A DNA stretch of 64,000 nucleotides, taken from positions 2,464,001-2,528,000 of the forward strand of contig OZ244252.1 in the NCBI GenBank assembly GCA_965217185.1, given 5' to 3'. Below are positions 61,264 through 64,000 of this stretch, in pieces. The translations under genes were made by a program, and so were the position numbers. The notes beneath the pieces were generated by a model. The model had not been told where the DNA came from. It searched no databases and was given only the letters and a program-made list of their open reading frames with translations. Every line of letters begins with the position of its first letter. Positions within the stretch are counted from its first letter, which is position 1. Source of the DNA: an uncultured Candidatus Entotheonella sp. (GTDB taxonomy: Bacteria; Tectomicrobia; Entotheonellia; Entotheonellales; Entotheonellaceae).

Positions 61264-63257
61264 GTAGAGTCGGCGGCTGGCGCGGTAGCGGTAGGCGGAT
61301 GGGGGTAGCTGTTCCCGGCGGCTTTCGCAATGCCGGTGCCTCACTCCCCGCCATAACTCCGTTTCCAGTCGCCGCTCATCGATCCGGACATGCAGATCTC
61401 CTGCATCCGGCTCTCGGACGAGATCATGCCTTCGCCCACGGAAGACCCGCCGTTCGCAGTTTGAGGCGCGTGAGACCGTAATCCTGCCGTAGCCTCTCGT
61501 CTGAGAAGCGCACTAAACCTCCCGACCGCACCTTGTGCTTACGACGAAGCCACCGACGCAGCCGCCGGCTGACGTGCTGATCAATCGCTGCGTAGGCCGG
61601 GCGAACCTGCCCCAGAGTGAAGTAGTTCGCCCACCCGGTCAGAAGCCGGTTCAGGCGTTCTACCACAACCTCTGTTGGCAGGAATCCGTCACGCCGCTTG
61701 GTCAACTCGCTCACACGACGGCAGATGCTTTGGACGCTCGCCGCACTCGGGCGCGTGCCAATGTAGGCGCGGCCCGTATTTGGGCGGTAGTTGCGTCCGA
61801 TCCGGTAGCCGAGGAACTCAATCGGCTCTTCCGGCACCCGGCAGCAACGGGTCTTCTCGGCGTTGACTGTCAACTTCAAACGCTCCATCAGCGCTTGGAC
61901 CGCCGCCAGCATCTCTGCTGCCGGCACTTTGCCGAGCACCGTGAGGTCATCGGCATAGTTGACGATCTCCGCCTTGAAGCGCCGGGCAAAGCCCAGCACC
62001 TTCCAGCCCACAATGAAGCGACGCATGTAGATGTTGCTGAACAACGGCGAGATCGGTGACCCCTGCGGGGTCCCTCTGTGCTCGCGTCGTGCCCGGTTCG
62101 TGCGGCGGCGACCGCCTTTCCCGTCGTCTTCCTCCACCGCCGTCTCCAGCCACGCCTTGATCCAGCCCAACAGCCACCCGTCACTAACGCGCCGGGCAAT
62201 GGACCGCACCAAGTCAGCGTGCGGAATCTGGCCGAAGTAGTCCGACAGGTCCGCGTCTACCACCTCCCGGTGACCTGTGTTCAACAGCCGATGCACACGC
62301 TTGACAGCATCATGCGCACTTCGGCCCGGCCGGTAGGCATATTGCTCCGGTTGCAAGTCGGCCTCGAAGATCGGCGACAGCACCAACATCGCCGCCGTCT
62401 GCGCCACCCGATCCCGCAGACACGGTATGCCCAACGGACGGAACTTCCCGCGTTGCTTCTTCGGGATGAGAACCTGCCGCACCGCTCGCGGTCGGTAGGT
62501 CCCCGCACCGGCAGGTCCCGCGCCAGTTCCTCCAGCCAGCGTTCTACCCCAAACGCCTCGATGTCCGCCACCGTCTCGCCGTCAACCCCAGCCGCACCGC
62601 CATTGCGACGCACCATCTGCCAGGCAACTGCGAGCACGTCGTCGCGCCGCACCTTGTCGCTCAGAGAGTAGAACCGCAGGCCCGGAGCTTCCTTCGCTTT
62701 CGCATGTAACGCCGTCTGGAGTCGCTGAACTTTCGCTGAGGCTGTTAGGCTTTCACCAGTCCCCATGTCCCTTCCTCCTTTGTGCGTTGCTCTCGAACCA
62801 AGGCCCCTTCCCTCTGCCGGCATTACCCGGCTTCATCGGTACTTCGGGCCTCTCCGCCACCCTGCCGGCCCGACCTGGCCCTCGCGGGCTGTCGGTTGGC
62901 GCGTGCCACGCCACCGGACAGGGCTTCCCGTGTTGCGTCCATTCCCCTCTTCCATGCGTGCTGCCGCCACTACCCCGGCGGAACCTGTCGGTGCGTATGT
63001 CGCTCGCTTCCCGACAAGTATCAGCCTTCCCCGATTTCACGGCGGGTCGGCTTCCGCATTGCGCGTTTCGGGGCCTGCTCGGCGTTCACTGGTGTTGCGG
63101 CCCGCATGGTCGCTAAGCCGCCCTTGGCGGCCCGTTGCATCGGAGTGCTTCAGACGATGTCGTTACCTCCATCATCCGCTCCGACTGCTACCGGCTGGAG
63201 CGACAGTTGCCGGACGGGATTCGCACCCGCTGAAGAATGGCGCCTTGCACGGCGCAC
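61264..63257 (-). mobile_element. group II intron (1994 nt) with RT ORF
   Basis: 5' GTGCG; domain V gagccggatgcaggagatctgcatgtccggatc; 3' ...gactctAC. Confidence 0.93.
61424..62766 (-). pseudogene. ltrA: group II intron reverse transcriptase/maturase, frameshifted near 62505; no En domain
   Basis: GVDG, RPLGIP, GTPQGSPISP, YADD and GWANYF motifs split over two frames. Confidence 0.88.
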
Positions 63258-63281
63258 GCGAAATGACACGCTAAGGAGAAG

Positions 63282-64000
63282 TCAACGTCTTTTTGGCCAT
63301 CTGTATTCGCCGGTGAGCAGGATGTGACCCCATCCGAGGGGCGAGGTGTGTGGCAGGAGCTCGGGCACGACGGGCAGGCCGGCGTGTCTTCGCCTGGCGA
63401 CCGCTTCGCCCAGCCGGGCGGTGTTCCAGTAGATAACGATGGCGGCGAGCAGGTTGAGGCCTGCCATGCGGTAGTGTTGCCCCTCCGTGGTCCGATCCCT
63501 GATTTCTCCCTGGCGTCCGATGCGCAAGGCATTCTTCAGGGCGTGGTGGGATTCTCCCTTGTTCAGGCCGATCTGGGCACGCCGCTGCATGGCCGGGTCC
63601 AGCGCCCAGTCGATCATGAAGAGGGTGCGCTCGATGCGGCCGATTTCGCGCAGCGCCGCGGCGAGGTCGTTACGGCGCGGGTAGGCGGCCAGCTTGCGCA
63701 GGATCAGACTCGGGGCGACCGTGCCGGCGGCCAAGGTCGCCCCCAGCCGCAGAACGTCGGGCCAGTTCGACGCAATGAGCGATTGGCGGAGCTTGCCGCC
63801 GATCAGGCCGCGCAGTTCTTTCGGGCAAGCGGCCGGCTCGAAGACGTAGATGCGCTTGGAAGGCAGATCGCGGATGCGCGGCACGAACCGGTAGCCCAGG
63901 ATCGAGGTGACGGCGAAGACATGATCGGTGAAGCCGCCGGTGTCGACGTACTGCTCGCGGATGCGGCGGCCGGTCTCGTTCATCAGCAGGCCGTCCAGAA
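63282..64000 (-). CDS. tnpA: Tn3-family transposase, C-terminal part (runs off window end)
   Basis: YVDTGGFTDHVF, GRIERTLF, LNKGE and SPLGWGHI motifs. Confidence 0.93.
   Translation of the reverse strand, partial: LDGLLMNETGRRIREQYVDTGGFTDHVFAVTSILGYRFVPRIRDLPSKRIYVFEPAACPKELRGLIGGKLRQSLIASNWPDVLRLGATLAAGTVAPSLILRKLAAYPRRNDLAAALREIGRIERTLFMIDWALDPAMQRRAQIGLNKGESHHALKNALRIGRQGEIRDRTTEGQHYRMAGLNLLAAIVIYWNTARLGEAVARRRHAGLPVVPELLPHTSPLGWGHILLTGEYRWPKRR

Larger units (their letters stand above)
61244..63275. other. 38-bp Tn3 terminal IR split 20+18 by the intron (61244-61263 and 63258-63275)
   Basis: Rejoined: GGGGTCGGTTGCGGAAAAGG|GCGAAATGACACGCTAAG, directly after the tnpA stop. Confidence 0.9.

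Noticed and set aside
60429..61481. 350-aa ORF
   Set aside because: Chimera of Tn3 remnant, nuclease fragment and antisense intron sequence
61424..62766. Retron, DGR or RT-Cas1 system near the CRISPR
   Set aside because: The RT lies inside clear group II intron RNA domains; no Cas1 fusion or template/variable repeat pair

Overview
GC-rich bacterial chromosome segment. The gene content and repeat style loosely suggest a sponge-associated symbiont such as Tectomicrobia; this is inference only. About 1-33 kb is mostly housekeeping and metabolic: ald, secF-secD-yajC, a PAS kinase with two receivers, a mycothione-reductase-like enzyme, a peptide ABC transporter, a DUF1998 helicase-exonuclease fusion, Co-type nitrile hydratase, a ThDP enzyme and gluconate 2-dehydrogenase. 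About 33-48 kb and 55-64 kb form a decaying mobile-element region with many toxin-antitoxin pairs, resolvases, IS and Tn3 remnants and a broken type I-E CRISPR-Cas locus; an mla operon lies between them. Main observations: (1) two related group II introns, one ORF-less, whose EBS1 loops differ and each match their own 5' exon; one sits inside a 38-bp Tn3 terminal inverted repeat, and scars of the other sit in back-to-back dif-like sites; (2) several dif-like XerC/D sites bracket accessory modules; (3) a TIR plus membrane-protein cassette lies inside the nitrile hydratase operon; (4) a TGT...ACA mini-element with a cargo gene lies inside the CRISPR array; (5) a 191-bp MITE occurs in three copies, each with an 8-bp target duplication and each disrupting a gene. 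All functional calls come from motif recognition by eye, with no database searches.
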